From NCBI GenBank assembly GCA_964415355.1, contig CAYPYS010000004.1, forward strand, positions 27,220-91,219: DNA of 64,000 bases, in the 5' to 3' direction. Numbering within the stretch: position 1 is the first letter of the stretch; each line of letters opens with the position of its first letter. Both the position numbers and the translations under genes were made by a program. The DNA comes from an uncultured Planctomycetia bacterium (GTDB taxonomy: Bacteria > Omnitrophota > Gorgyraeia > Gorgyraeales > Gorgyraeaceae). A model generated the notes under the pieces. That model saw only the letters and a program-made list of their open reading frames with translations, searched no databases and was not told the origin of the DNA. This document shows, piece after piece, positions 19,947 through 28,926 of this stretch.

Positions 19947-21002
19947 ATGAATATCGTAGCGCCTGTAAGCAGAATTAGCGATGTAATGGCTGTTATCGAA
20001 GCTGGTGCGGATGAAATATACTGCGGCCTTTTAACTAACGACCAGCTAGATAATTATACAAATATTAATTGTCTTAACCGTAGATCAGAACCATCATCCA
20101 ATATTACCAGTTATAGCGAGCTTAAAGAAGTCATAAAGATAGCTCGTTCGAAAAACATCCCTATCAATTTCACCTTAAACGAATTCTATAACCAAGAACA
20201 AACCACTATAGCCCTAAGGCAACTCGAAAAGATCCTGGAGTGCGGCATAAAAAGATTTATAGTATCGGATCTAGGGCTTCTACATGAAATAAGAAAAAGA
20301 AAATATCCCGATTTAAAACTGCACATAAGTTCCTGCGCCTCCATATTAAACTCTGAAGCCATGCGATATTACAAAGATTTCAACCCTTCAAGAATAATAT
20401 TAAACAGGCAGTTAAGTCTTTCGGAAATCGACCACATGCGACTACAATTCCCAACATTAGAAATGGAGGTGATTATTCTAAACGAAAGGTGTCATTACAT
20501 AGACGGGATGTGTGGTTTTCTTCATGGCAGACTGTCGCCCGCTTATAATCTTTTCGTACGCTCGATATTGGAAAAGATATCCAATAGAGATAAATATCCT
20601 ATCCCGCGTTTTCTATTAAAAAAATTGCACCTCTATGTGCTAAAAAATAATAATAGCTGCTGCTTTCCATACCATGTGCAATATTGTTCCACAAGAACCG
20701 TCCGAGGGAGAAAGACATCTAAAGAGAAGATATTTTTTAATAAGGCCGGGGTTTTTCTACAGGCCTGTGGTCTCTGTGCCATATACGATTTTTATAAGAT
20801 AGGGATAAAATATTTTAAGATCTCAGGACGATCCCTGTTGGCAGAAAAGACCATGGCCGTCAAACTAGTGAAAGAAGCCGCAAATATAGTGCGAGAAAAT
20901 TTAACAAAAAATGACTCTCAGGAAAGAATCAAGGATATTGCCCGAAATAAATATCGCAAGGCTTGCTCTCCAGAATATTGTTACTACTGCGATAACCTTT
21001 AA
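19947..21002 (+). CDS. U32-family Fe-S protein (UbiU-like)
   Basis: IVAPV, AGADEIYCG, LHISS, RIILNRQLS, RCHYIDGMC, CGLC, KISGR, C-terminal CxxxxCYY. Confidence 0.8.
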   Translation: MNIVAPVSRISDVMAVIEAGADEIYCGLLTNDQLDNYTNINCLNRRSEPSSNITSYSELKEVIKIARSKNIPINFTLNEFYNQEQTTIALRQLEKILECGIKRFIVSDLGLLHEIRKRKYPDLKLHISSCASILNSEAMRYYKDFNPSRIILNRQLSLSEIDHMRLQFPTLEMEVIILNERCHYIDGMCGFLHGRLSPAYNLFVRSILEKISNRDKYPIPRFLLKKLHLYVLKNNNSCCFPYHVQYCSTRTVRGRKTSKEKIFFNKAGVFLQACGLCAIYDFYKIGIKYFKISGRSLLAEKTMAVKLVKEAANIVRENLTKNDSQERIKDIARNKYRKACSPEYCYYCDNL

Positions 21003-21012
21003 TAAAATTTAT

Positions 21013-21804
21013 ATGGAATATGCTATTTATTTTTCAAAAATCGACAAATTAAAGGCGTGCGATTTGGATAAATACGAAAGGGTATATTTTGGCAATGAAT
21101 TCTGCGACCAGTTGATACCGTCCATAGCGAAATTTGAGGATGCGCTTTCTTTTGTCAAAAAAATGGAGAAACGTATTAGTTTTGTTACATGCTACGTAAG
21201 TGAACATAACATAAAAAAATATCACCCCCTTATAGAATTATTAGCCAAAAATGCCCCGGACAGCGAGGTAATCATAAATGACTTGGGGCTATTGAGGATA
21301 TGTCTTCAAAACAATCTGACGCCTGTTCTAGGAAGATTGCTTGTAAAACAGAAGCGAGATCCCCGTATAGCCAAGTTTATAGGCTCCCTTTCTCCCAGGG
21401 AAAAATTACACATGCAACAGGCTGGCCTCAATAAGTATTTTATAGACTTTTTGAAACGAAAGAATATAAATAGGATAGAGCTAGACAATTTGCTGCAAAA
21501 CATAGATATAAATGAATTACAAGATTCTGGATTTTCATTCTCTCTTTATGTGCCATACGGTTATATAACCACTACCAGGTTGTGTCTCTTCCGCAATAAA
21601 AACAAAGAGGACAGCGGAAGGCTAGACCTCATGCCTTGTAACCGTGAGTGCGCCAGGGGACCGGTCAAGCTGCACAATAAACGGCTGAAAGAAATCTTAT
21701 TTATGAAAGGCAATACTATATTCTTCAAAAATACGTCCGAAGATCTCTTGCGACACAACTCAAAGATCGACAGAGTGATTCATCAACCAGAAATTCCAGA
21801 TTAA
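21013..21804 (+). CDS. U32-like partner protein (UbiV-like short form)
   Basis: RVYFGNEFC, EVIINDLG, LGRLL, RIELDN, TTTRLC...C...C, KGNT. The ATG at 21013 avoids a long overlap with the upstream gene. Confidence 0.6.
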   Translation: MEYAIYFSKIDKLKACDLDKYERVYFGNEFCDQLIPSIAKFEDALSFVKKMEKRISFVTCYVSEHNIKKYHPLIELLAKNAPDSEVIINDLGLLRICLQNNLTPVLGRLLVKQKRDPRIAKFIGSLSPREKLHMQQAGLNKYFIDFLKRKNINRIELDNLLQNIDINELQDSGFSFSLYVPYGYITTTRLCLFRNKNKEDSGRLDLMPCNRECARGPVKLHNKRLKEILFMKGNTIFFKNTSEDLLRHNSKIDRVIHQPEIPD

Positions 21805-21807
21805 AAA

Positions 21808-23424
21808 ATGCGTACATCTATAAAACAACATAAAAATACAATATATATGCTCTTATTGGGGCTGGTGCTTCTTGTCGGATTATTTTTAAGATTATACAAC
21901 CTGGATTTTAAAAGTCTCTGGTTTGATGAAGCTGATGTGGTCCTCAGTTCTACAAGCATCTCTGATGCCTCTAAAATCCTGGACTATCACAATCCAATAC
22001 TCTTTTACCGAATATTCATTTTCTACTGGAGACATTTATCTCCTTATGCCAACGAGTGGCTCCTTAGGCTGCCCTCTGTTATTTTCGCATTAGGGGCGAT
22101 AATATTGATATACAAACTGACCTTCATTCTTTTTGGCAACAAACAAGTAGCTTTAATAAGCGCTCTGTTGCTTTGCATATCTCCGCTACATGTTTATTAT
22201 TCGCAAGAAGCGACCTGTTATTCTCTCATAGCCTTTCTTTCTCTGGCAACGGCGTATTGTTTTTTTAACCTGCCTAAGAGACGCGGGATTTATTTTTCCC
22301 TATATGTAGCATTGCATCTGATAGGCGCGTATGCCCATCCAATAATGCTGGTGGTTTTCCTGACACAAAATCTCTTTCTTGTAATCCGGAGAGAGAGATT
22401 CCAAAAGGTTATTGTAAAAATAATATTGTGCGATCTAGTAATAATATTATTATACAGCCCCGCCTTGTACTCAATCCTTTCAGGGCACGAATTTTTATTC
22501 ATCAAAGACCATTTTGCTTTTAAGCGGGCTTCTGTCTGGATACCCGTCCCCGCATGGAGAAGTCTTTTTTTCACTCTTAAAAATTTTACCATAGGGTACA
22601 ATAATCCTGGGTTTCTATATCCCGCAGCCGTGATTTTTTTTCTTGTATCCATCATCAAAGGGATCCTGAATTTAATAAAAAAAGAAAATGGCTTGATGAT
22701 ATTGATTTTTCTTTTAGCGCCGATCCTTTTTATATTTACCGTCGGGAAGATAACGACATTTTCATATTATGTGGATAGATATTTTTTATGTTGTCTTCCT
22801 TTTTTCTGCATGACAGTTGCCTATAGCATACATGCTCTAAATAAAAAATATCTTCAAATTGGGACAATATTTATTATCACGGCCATATCAGCCATCAACC
22901 TGAACAACTATTACCGCAATGTCATACCGGATGATGAGTGCAGGCGCCATCTAGGCGTTGTCGAGAGAAAGGATATAAAAAAAGCTGCCCAATATATCAA
23001 TGAACATCTCGGCCCAGGTGACACCCTGTTCCATACATGCCGCAATACAGCGCTGCCATTTGAGTATTATTTTGATTTTCATTTTAAGAAAACTACGGAC
23101 ATCTTTAAATATTACATTGAACGTACTGACAATAAACAAAAAATCCTATCCTATTTTCCTCAGACTAATAGTTTAAAAGTATACAAATACGCCGTGCTGA
23201 GCGAGGTCTTTCAGGATGAGATAATAGAATTGGATGATTACGAGATCCCGGATAATGGGATCTGGCTGGTTTTTTCATCTTGGCTCACCCCTCGTCCAGA
23301 TGACGCAGAGTCGAACACCCTTAGCTATATGGAAAAAAACTACGCAAAAATACGGGAAAAAAGATTCAAGGGCATCACGGTATATTTATATAGAAAAAAT
23401 AAGGCCTTTGATGATATGATATAA
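21808..23424 (+). CDS. GT-C membrane glycosyltransferase (GT39/PMT_2)
   Basis: LRLYNL..KSLWFDE, EWLLRLPS, SPLHVYYSQE, DRY. Confidence 0.85.
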   Translation: MRTSIKQHKNTIYMLLLGLVLLVGLFLRLYNLDFKSLWFDEADVVLSSTSISDASKILDYHNPILFYRIFIFYWRHLSPYANEWLLRLPSVIFALGAIILIYKLTFILFGNKQVALISALLLCISPLHVYYSQEATCYSLIAFLSLATAYCFFNLPKRRGIYFSLYVALHLIGAYAHPIMLVVFLTQNLFLVIRRERFQKVIVKIILCDLVIILLYSPALYSILSGHEFLFIKDHFAFKRASVWIPVPAWRSLFFTLKNFTIGYNNPGFLYPAAVIFFLVSIIKGILNLIKKENGLMILIFLLAPILFIFTVGKITTFSYYVDRYFLCCLPFFCMTVAYSIHALNKKYLQIGTIFIITAISAINLNNYYRNVIPDDECRRHLGVVERKDIKKAAQYINEHLGPGDTLFHTCRNTALPFEYYFDFHFKKTTDIFKYYIERTDNKQKILSYFPQTNSLKVYKYAVLSEVFQDEIIELDDYEIPDNGIWLVFSSWLTPRPDDAESNTLSYMEKNYAKIREKRFKGITVYLYRKNKAFDDMI

Positions 23425-23425
23425 A

Positions 23426-24484
23426 ATGATGGTTGTATTATTCGCCTTAACTATCTTTTTAGCATTTTACCTCCTCTTATCAATGCGACATTGTCACCTT
23501 AAAAGAGGAGGGAGGCTGACCTTCACCTTTTTCTTTTTTGGCTTCCTCTATATCTCAAGATGGGTAATAAAAAATATGGGGCCTTCGCCGGAATATTTAA
23601 AAACAGCTCGATGCTCGATCTTCTCCGCAAGGACAAGCTTATTGAGTACGCTGTCTAGCGCAAAAGACCCAGCGATAAATTTTATTCATGTGTTATTAGT
23701 GCATATTGTAATTATTATAGGCTGGCTTTGCCTATTCTACGCTGGTTGGTGGCTGGCAGAGAGGATTATGCGACATTTCGATATTTTGCAAAAGCGCCTT
23801 TTCCCTACCTTGCTGCTAAGTTCTTTTATAACCGCTAGCATCGCATATCCTATTGAAGCGACAGGGAGCAGTATTGGCTGGTGGTGGTGGCAATTGCCTG
23901 CTAAATCATTCGATATATTCTTCATCGGCTGCCCAGCACAACCCATGAGGGCTGAATTTTACTCTGTTCTTTTATTTCTGGCAGCGTATTTTTTAATCGA
24001 GTGCTCGAGGTTCAGGCATAAAAGTTGGCGGATGCTCTTTTTCTTATTACCGTTCGTGCATTTCTTTACCATAACTTTTTTCGGTCATGGTCTGCCAAGG
24101 GCCATCGAACGTCTCGGAATCTTTATAACAATCCTGATATTAACATTTTTTAGCAAACTATCCTTAGAAAATACAGGGGAAGATGACCTCTCCACGCTTA
24201 AGAGCGTGGAGGATTTATTGTCCATAGCATTGATTTCTCTGTTATCCCTGTCGTGCCTTGTGCATATATTTATAATCCAAAAGCCGCTATTAGTCTTTTC
24301 AGCATTGCCTGCTTTCTTTTTTTATTTACTGTCTATAAAAAAGGAGCTGTTTGTCCTGGTCCTGATTTTTAGCGTAGCATTGCTATTTTTAGGTAAAACT
24401 ATAGCAGCGCCTCTAATGGTGCCGATATCTATTTTTTTGGTGTTTAAGGCAAGTGACCATTATCAAAAAAGGGTGGCGAAATGA
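23426..24484 (+). CDS. CruF/DUF422-like membrane protein, paralog 2
   Basis: IGW...FY.GW, YPIEATG..IGWWWW, FLIECS. Confidence 0.55.
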   Translation: MMVVLFALTIFLAFYLLLSMRHCHLKRGGRLTFTFFFFGFLYISRWVIKNMGPSPEYLKTARCSIFSARTSLLSTLSSAKDPAINFIHVLLVHIVIIIGWLCLFYAGWWLAERIMRHFDILQKRLFPTLLLSSFITASIAYPIEATGSSIGWWWWQLPAKSFDIFFIGCPAQPMRAEFYSVLLFLAAYFLIECSRFRHKSWRMLFFLLPFVHFFTITFFGHGLPRAIERLGIFITILILTFFSKLSLENTGEDDLSTLKSVEDLLSIALISLLSLSCLVHIFIIQKPLLVFSALPAFFFYLLSIKKELFVLVLIFSVALLFLGKTIAAPLMVPISIFLVFKASDHYQKRVAK

Positions 24485-25506
24485 ACATATGGCCTGCGTT
24501 TTTAATATGCCTTTTGGGTATCTTGGTATTTATACTGCATTCTTATTCAAGACAGGGCCCGAGATTAACGTTTAATTTTTTCTTTTTTGCCTTCCTTGTC
24601 GCCATCATAAAAGAAGGGCCCATGCGCATAAATGGCTTATTAATGAAAAACCCTTCTATGCCGTATGAGTTTTTAATAAAAGGGGTGCCTGTGGTTGCCA
24701 GTACCACGTTAGTAATACTAGGCTGGGTCTTTACTTTCTATTTGGGCTGGTATATTGGGGGAAGGGTTTCGGAAAGATTGGGCGCATGGCAAAAGCGCAT
24801 CTTCCCGACACTGCTTTTGAGCGGTCTGGTAACAGCAAGCATTGGTTACTGCGTTGAGGCCACAGCAATGGGGCTCGGATGGTGGCACTGGACAATAGAA
24901 GATGCTAGATTAGCCCCTCTTTTAGTAGGCGCCCCTTTCATTGTCTTCGAGACCTGGGTACACTTCCCCACACAATATCTGCTTATGCCTTATTCTTTAA
25001 TAGAATGCTCGAGATTTAAAAGAATGTCCTGGAAGGGTATATTTTTTGTAATACCTTTTATTCACAGCCTTTCCACGCAAGCGCGATTAGAATCTGTAAG
25101 AATAGGGGTTGAGCATGCGGCATTAATGGTCCTGCTGGTCCTCGCCTTTACTAATCCATTACGCTTTGATTACTCAGGGATAAAAAAGCACGAAGGGGTA
25201 TCTTTTCTTAAACCAAAACTATTAGATCAATTGCCGATGGCGGTGATGATAATGTTATTATCTACGCTGGCCCTACTTGACGTGGCAAAGATACATGATG
25301 CGGGACTGGTTATATCGATACTTCCGGCAATGTTTTTTATCCTGCTCGCAATCAAGAGAATACCTTTTTATTGGATAGCGTCCCTTGCGCTTCTGTGCTT
25401 TCTGATATTACAAAAACAGGCGATTATAGCAACGGCTCCAGTCGCTATCGTATTGATTTTCAAAAGCGCGATGAAAATCACGTCTAATTTAAAAGGAGAA
25501 TGCTAA
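24481..25506 (+). CDS. CruF/DUF422-like membrane protein, paralog 3
   Basis: LHSY, IKE, LGWVFTFY, YCVEATA..LGWWHW, LIECS. Confidence 0.55.
   Translation: MNIWPAFLICLLGILVFILHSYSRQGPRLTFNFFFFAFLVAIIKEGPMRINGLLMKNPSMPYEFLIKGVPVVASTTLVILGWVFTFYLGWYIGGRVSERLGAWQKRIFPTLLLSGLVTASIGYCVEATAMGLGWWHWTIEDARLAPLLVGAPFIVFETWVHFPTQYLLMPYSLIECSRFKRMSWKGIFFVIPFIHSLSTQARLESVRIGVEHAALMVLLVLAFTNPLRFDYSGIKKHEGVSFLKPKLLDQLPMAVMIMLLSTLALLDVAKIHDAGLVISILPAMFFILLAIKRIPFYWIASLALLCFLILQKQAIIATAPVAIVLIFKSAMKITSNLKGEC
25111..25391 (+). repeat. 281-bp identical direct repeat, copy 1 (inside paralog 3)
   Basis: GAGCATGCGGCATT...TCCCTTGCGCT is repeated at 26100-26380. Confidence 0.95.
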
Positions 25507-26501
25507 TGGTTACTATAAACTTCGTTATTCTTTGCGGTGTTGGAATAATTGCTTGCGTCTTACATTCCTATTTTAAGAGGGGAGGCGCCTTGACGCTGAA
25601 TTTTTTCCTGTTTTCATTCATGCTGACCTTCACCAGGGGTGGAGTACATATTTTCAAATTTATAAACTCATCCGGGCCAAGTTCTATTATAGTTAAGGCA
25701 GCGCTTTCTACATTAATATGGGTGCTCGCATTTTATCTTTCTGTATATATCGCCGAAAAGGTCGCTGACAGGTCGACTCAGATAAAGCACAGGATCTTCC
25801 CTGTGCTATTGTTCGCCGGAATAACTATCTCTGCTATCGCCTATGCCTTCGAGACCACAGCTACAAACATCGGCTGGTGGGCTATTCCCGTTACAGATGT
25901 CGACAGCGGGTTTTTGCTTACCCCTTTTTATGTAATAAGAAAATGGTTTTATTTTTATGTCTATTTTTTAGCTGCTTATTTCCTGATTGCCTGCTCAGAA
26001 TACAAGAGAAAAAACTGGAAGACAATCTTTTTTATACTGCCGTTCGTTCACGCCTGGATACCGCGATTCTTTGGAGAAGGGCTCCCCCAAATTATTGAAG
26101 AGCATGCGGCATTAATGGTCCTGCTGGTCCTCGCCTTTACTAATCCATTACGCTTTGATTACTCAGGGATAAAAAAGCACGAAGGGGTATCTTTTCTTAA
26201 ACCAAAACTATTAGATCAATTGCCGATGGCGGTGATGATAATGTTATTATCTACGCTGGCCCTACTTGACGTGGCAAAGATACATGATGCGGGACTGGTT
26301 ATATCGATACTTCCGGCAATGTTTTTTATCCTGCTCGCAATCAAGAGAATACCTTTTTATTGGATAGCGTCCCTTGCGCTGATATCTCTATTGCTATTAA
26401 AAAAACTGGCACTACCTATTATCGTACCTGTTGGTTTTTTGATCATTTTCTGTTCTATCGTAAAAACGCGTGCTAAAACAACAAACATACCGCTGAAATG
26501 A
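25500..26501 (+). CDS. CruF/DUF422-like membrane protein, paralog 4
   Basis: LHSYFKRG, YAFETTA.NIGWW, FLIACS. Confidence 0.55.
   Translation: MLMVTINFVILCGVGIIACVLHSYFKRGGALTLNFFLFSFMLTFTRGGVHIFKFINSSGPSSIIVKAALSTLIWVLAFYLSVYIAEKVADRSTQIKHRIFPVLLFAGITISAIAYAFETTATNIGWWAIPVTDVDSGFLLTPFYVIRKWFYFYVYFLAAYFLIACSEYKRKNWKTIFFILPFVHAWIPRFFGEGLPQIIEEHAALMVLLVLAFTNPLRFDYSGIKKHEGVSFLKPKLLDQLPMAVMIMLLSTLALLDVAKIHDAGLVISILPAMFFILLAIKRIPFYWIASLALISLLLLKKLALPIIVPVGFLIIFCSIVKTRAKTTNIPLK
26100..26380 (+). repeat. 281-bp identical direct repeat, copy 2 (inside paralog 4)
   Basis: Identical to 25111-25391 and read in the same frame (EHAALMV...WIASLAL). Confidence 0.95.
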
Positions 26502-27532
26502 GCGTCTTTCATCTATTTTTCTTTGCGTTGATAGGCCTTGCCTTGCTTATAGTCCACTCATATTTCAAGAGGGGGTTCCGTCTTACTTTGAACTTTTTCT
26601 TATTAGCCTTTATCGTCGGATTAAGAAAAGAATCCGGTAGTTTTCTACAGCCCATGTCGGTCAGGACGCAGTACCCCACGCCTTTTATCCATGCCAATGA
26701 CTCACCATTACTTTTCAATGTGATCAATATAACTATAGGCTGGATAATCGTTTTTTATCTCTCCTGGTATATAGCTGAAAATATTATTAAAAAAATACCT
26801 CATGTTAAAGAAAAAATATTCCCTGCGGCATTATTCGCCGGGGTATCCATAGCCGCCTTTTCGTATGCCATCGAGGCGACGGCTATAAATATCGGGTGGT
26901 GGAGATGGATGTTTTTTGAAAAACAATTTTCCGGATTTCTGGTGGGCGGCGTTCATTTCTTTGCACTCAACGCCTGGTTCTCTTTTGGCCTTCACTTCTT
27001 AGTCCCTTTCTTTTTGATAGAGTGTTCGAAGTTTCGCAAGGCGAGCTGGAAATGCATATTCTTTCTCATCCCGTTCTCGAGGACATGCACCATGCTTTTT
27101 CTCGGCTCGCACATACATCGCAGTATACATGAATTCATCTTCTTTCTTGTATTAATAATACTGGTATTTATCCAACCATTACAGTTTAATTACCCGCAAT
27201 TTAAAACAAGATTGTCCGTACATCCTTTCCAGCGCAAATTGATCGAAGCCATCCCCTTAGCCGTAATCCTTATGATCCTGATTGTGCTGAGTTATGTCGA
27301 TCTGATACAGATAAAAAATGTCTACTTGCTAGTCAGTCTTCTTCCTTTTATTGTGCTTGTGTTTTTAGCTTTTAAAAAAATACCGCCGCTATTGATCTTG
27401 TTGTTCACTGCGGCAATATTGTTAAGTCTTGGCAAGGCAGGGATCCCCGCATGCATGCCTGCATTGGCAGTTTTGGGCCTTTTGGGGATAGGAAATCTTA
27501 TGGCCAGCAAAAAATACTCCAAGGCTATATAA
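26498..27532 (+). CDS. CruF/DUF422-like membrane protein, paralog 5
   Basis: VHSYFKRG, RKE, IGW..FY.SW, YAIEATA.NIGWWRW, FLIECS. Confidence 0.55.
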   Translation: MSVFHLFFFALIGLALLIVHSYFKRGFRLTLNFFLLAFIVGLRKESGSFLQPMSVRTQYPTPFIHANDSPLLFNVINITIGWIIVFYLSWYIAENIIKKIPHVKEKIFPAALFAGVSIAAFSYAIEATAINIGWWRWMFFEKQFSGFLVGGVHFFALNAWFSFGLHFLVPFFLIECSKFRKASWKCIFFLIPFSRTCTMLFLGSHIHRSIHEFIFFLVLIILVFIQPLQFNYPQFKTRLSVHPFQRKLIEAIPLAVILMILIVLSYVDLIQIKNVYLLVSLLPFIVLVFLAFKKIPPLLILLFTAAILLSLGKAGIPACMPALAVLGLLGIGNLMASKKYSKAI

Positions 27533-27537
27533 AATAT

Positions 27538-28926
27538 ATGATGGCTAAGGCGTTATTAATATCTTTGGCGACAGATAGCACCAGCGGCCCAGACAAGGGG
27601 AGATTTTTATTTAAGGATTTGCAGCGCAGACCGCTTTTGGGTCTCTTGTATATCTCTTCAGCGCTCGAGTCCAGAGGGATAAAATGCGAGCTCCTAGACC
27701 AGTCTGTGTCTGATTTTTCTATTGACCGATTGATTGACCGGGTCAAAGAAAACAGGCATATCTTTGTCGGCTTCTACTCACAATTAGTAATAAAAGATAA
27801 GGTAAATGAATACATACGTACATTAAAAGTTGCATGCCCCGAGTCAACCATTGTCGTAGGGGGGCCTGGTTTTTTGTATTACAAAGAATTTTTAAATAAC
27901 GGCTGCGACATTGTTTGCCGAGGCGAAGGGGAATCGACCATTGTAGAAATTGTAGACCATTTAAAAGGAAATAGGCGGCTTAATGAAATAGACGGGATTG
28001 TTTATAGGAACAGAAAGACTGGGGCAATCTTTTATAATAAGGACCGAACGCTTGTCAAAAATCTGGATTCCTTGCCTTTCCCAGCCTGGAACAGCGTAAA
28101 TCTGGACCTATACTATGATTATTCCATATTGCCGATGAAGCGCCCTTTCGCCGTCATAATCACTTCGCGGGGGTGTCCGTTCAAATGCAGTTTTTGTAGC
28201 GGCCCTTATTTTTGGAACAATGTCTACCGCACCAGATCTGTAGAAAATGTCCTAAAAGAGATCGATCTTCTGGTATCAAAGCATGGAATCAGGTATCTTC
28301 TCTTTCAAGATGATGTATTTGGCCTGGACAATAATTGGCTTAGAGACTTCTGTCTCTCATTGATCAATAAGCGCTACAAAGACCTGCACTGGATGTGCAT
28401 CCTGCATCCTCTAGCCTTAAAACAAGATCCCTGTGGGCTTATTGGCCTGATGAAAAAAGCGGGGTGCGACCTGTTTGTCTTCGGCCTCCAATCAGCCAAT
28501 ACTAGTATCCTAGAAAAAATCTGCAGGCATCCGTGCGAGCCTGAGACATTGAAAGGCATAATTAAAATTGCGAACAAACTTGGCATCATGAGTTCCGTGG
28601 ATTTCATACTGGGACTGCCGGGCGAGAACAAAGATACTATCCGCGAAAACATGGATTTCGTATTAAAAGCGAGACCATATCTAGTTAACTTTCATGCCTT
28701 ACGATTAGAGCCTGCTTCAAAACTATCGGAGACCTATAAAGACAAAAAAATATGTAAATTTTCTGGGAACGAACTGATACGGCTGTGTCAAATGGCTAAT
28801 CAGAAATTCTATCTTAGGCCCCAAAACGCTATAAGGATTCTCGCGTTCATCCTTAAAAAGAATCCGGCCCTCTTTTTTAAAACGGCTAGGTTCTGCAACC
28901 ACAAGATGTTATCCGAGCTGTCATGA
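27538..28926 (+). CDS. B12-binding radical SAM enzyme
   Basis: LGLLYISS, GGP, RGEGE, SRGCPFKCSFC, QDDVF, ILGLPGE. Start moved to the ATG at 27538 (or 27541). Confidence 0.9.
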   Translation: MMAKALLISLATDSTSGPDKGRFLFKDLQRRPLLGLLYISSALESRGIKCELLDQSVSDFSIDRLIDRVKENRHIFVGFYSQLVIKDKVNEYIRTLKVACPESTIVVGGPGFLYYKEFLNNGCDIVCRGEGESTIVEIVDHLKGNRRLNEIDGIVYRNRKTGAIFYNKDRTLVKNLDSLPFPAWNSVNLDLYYDYSILPMKRPFAVIITSRGCPFKCSFCSGPYFWNNVYRTRSVENVLKEIDLLVSKHGIRYLLFQDDVFGLDNNWLRDFCLSLINKRYKDLHWMCILHPLALKQDPCGLIGLMKKAGCDLFVFGLQSANTSILEKICRHPCEPETLKGIIKIANKLGIMSSVDFILGLPGENKDTIRENMDFVLKARPYLVNFHALRLEPASKLSETYKDKKICKFSGNELIRLCQMANQKFYLRPQNAIRILAFILKKNPALFFKTARFCNHKMLSELS

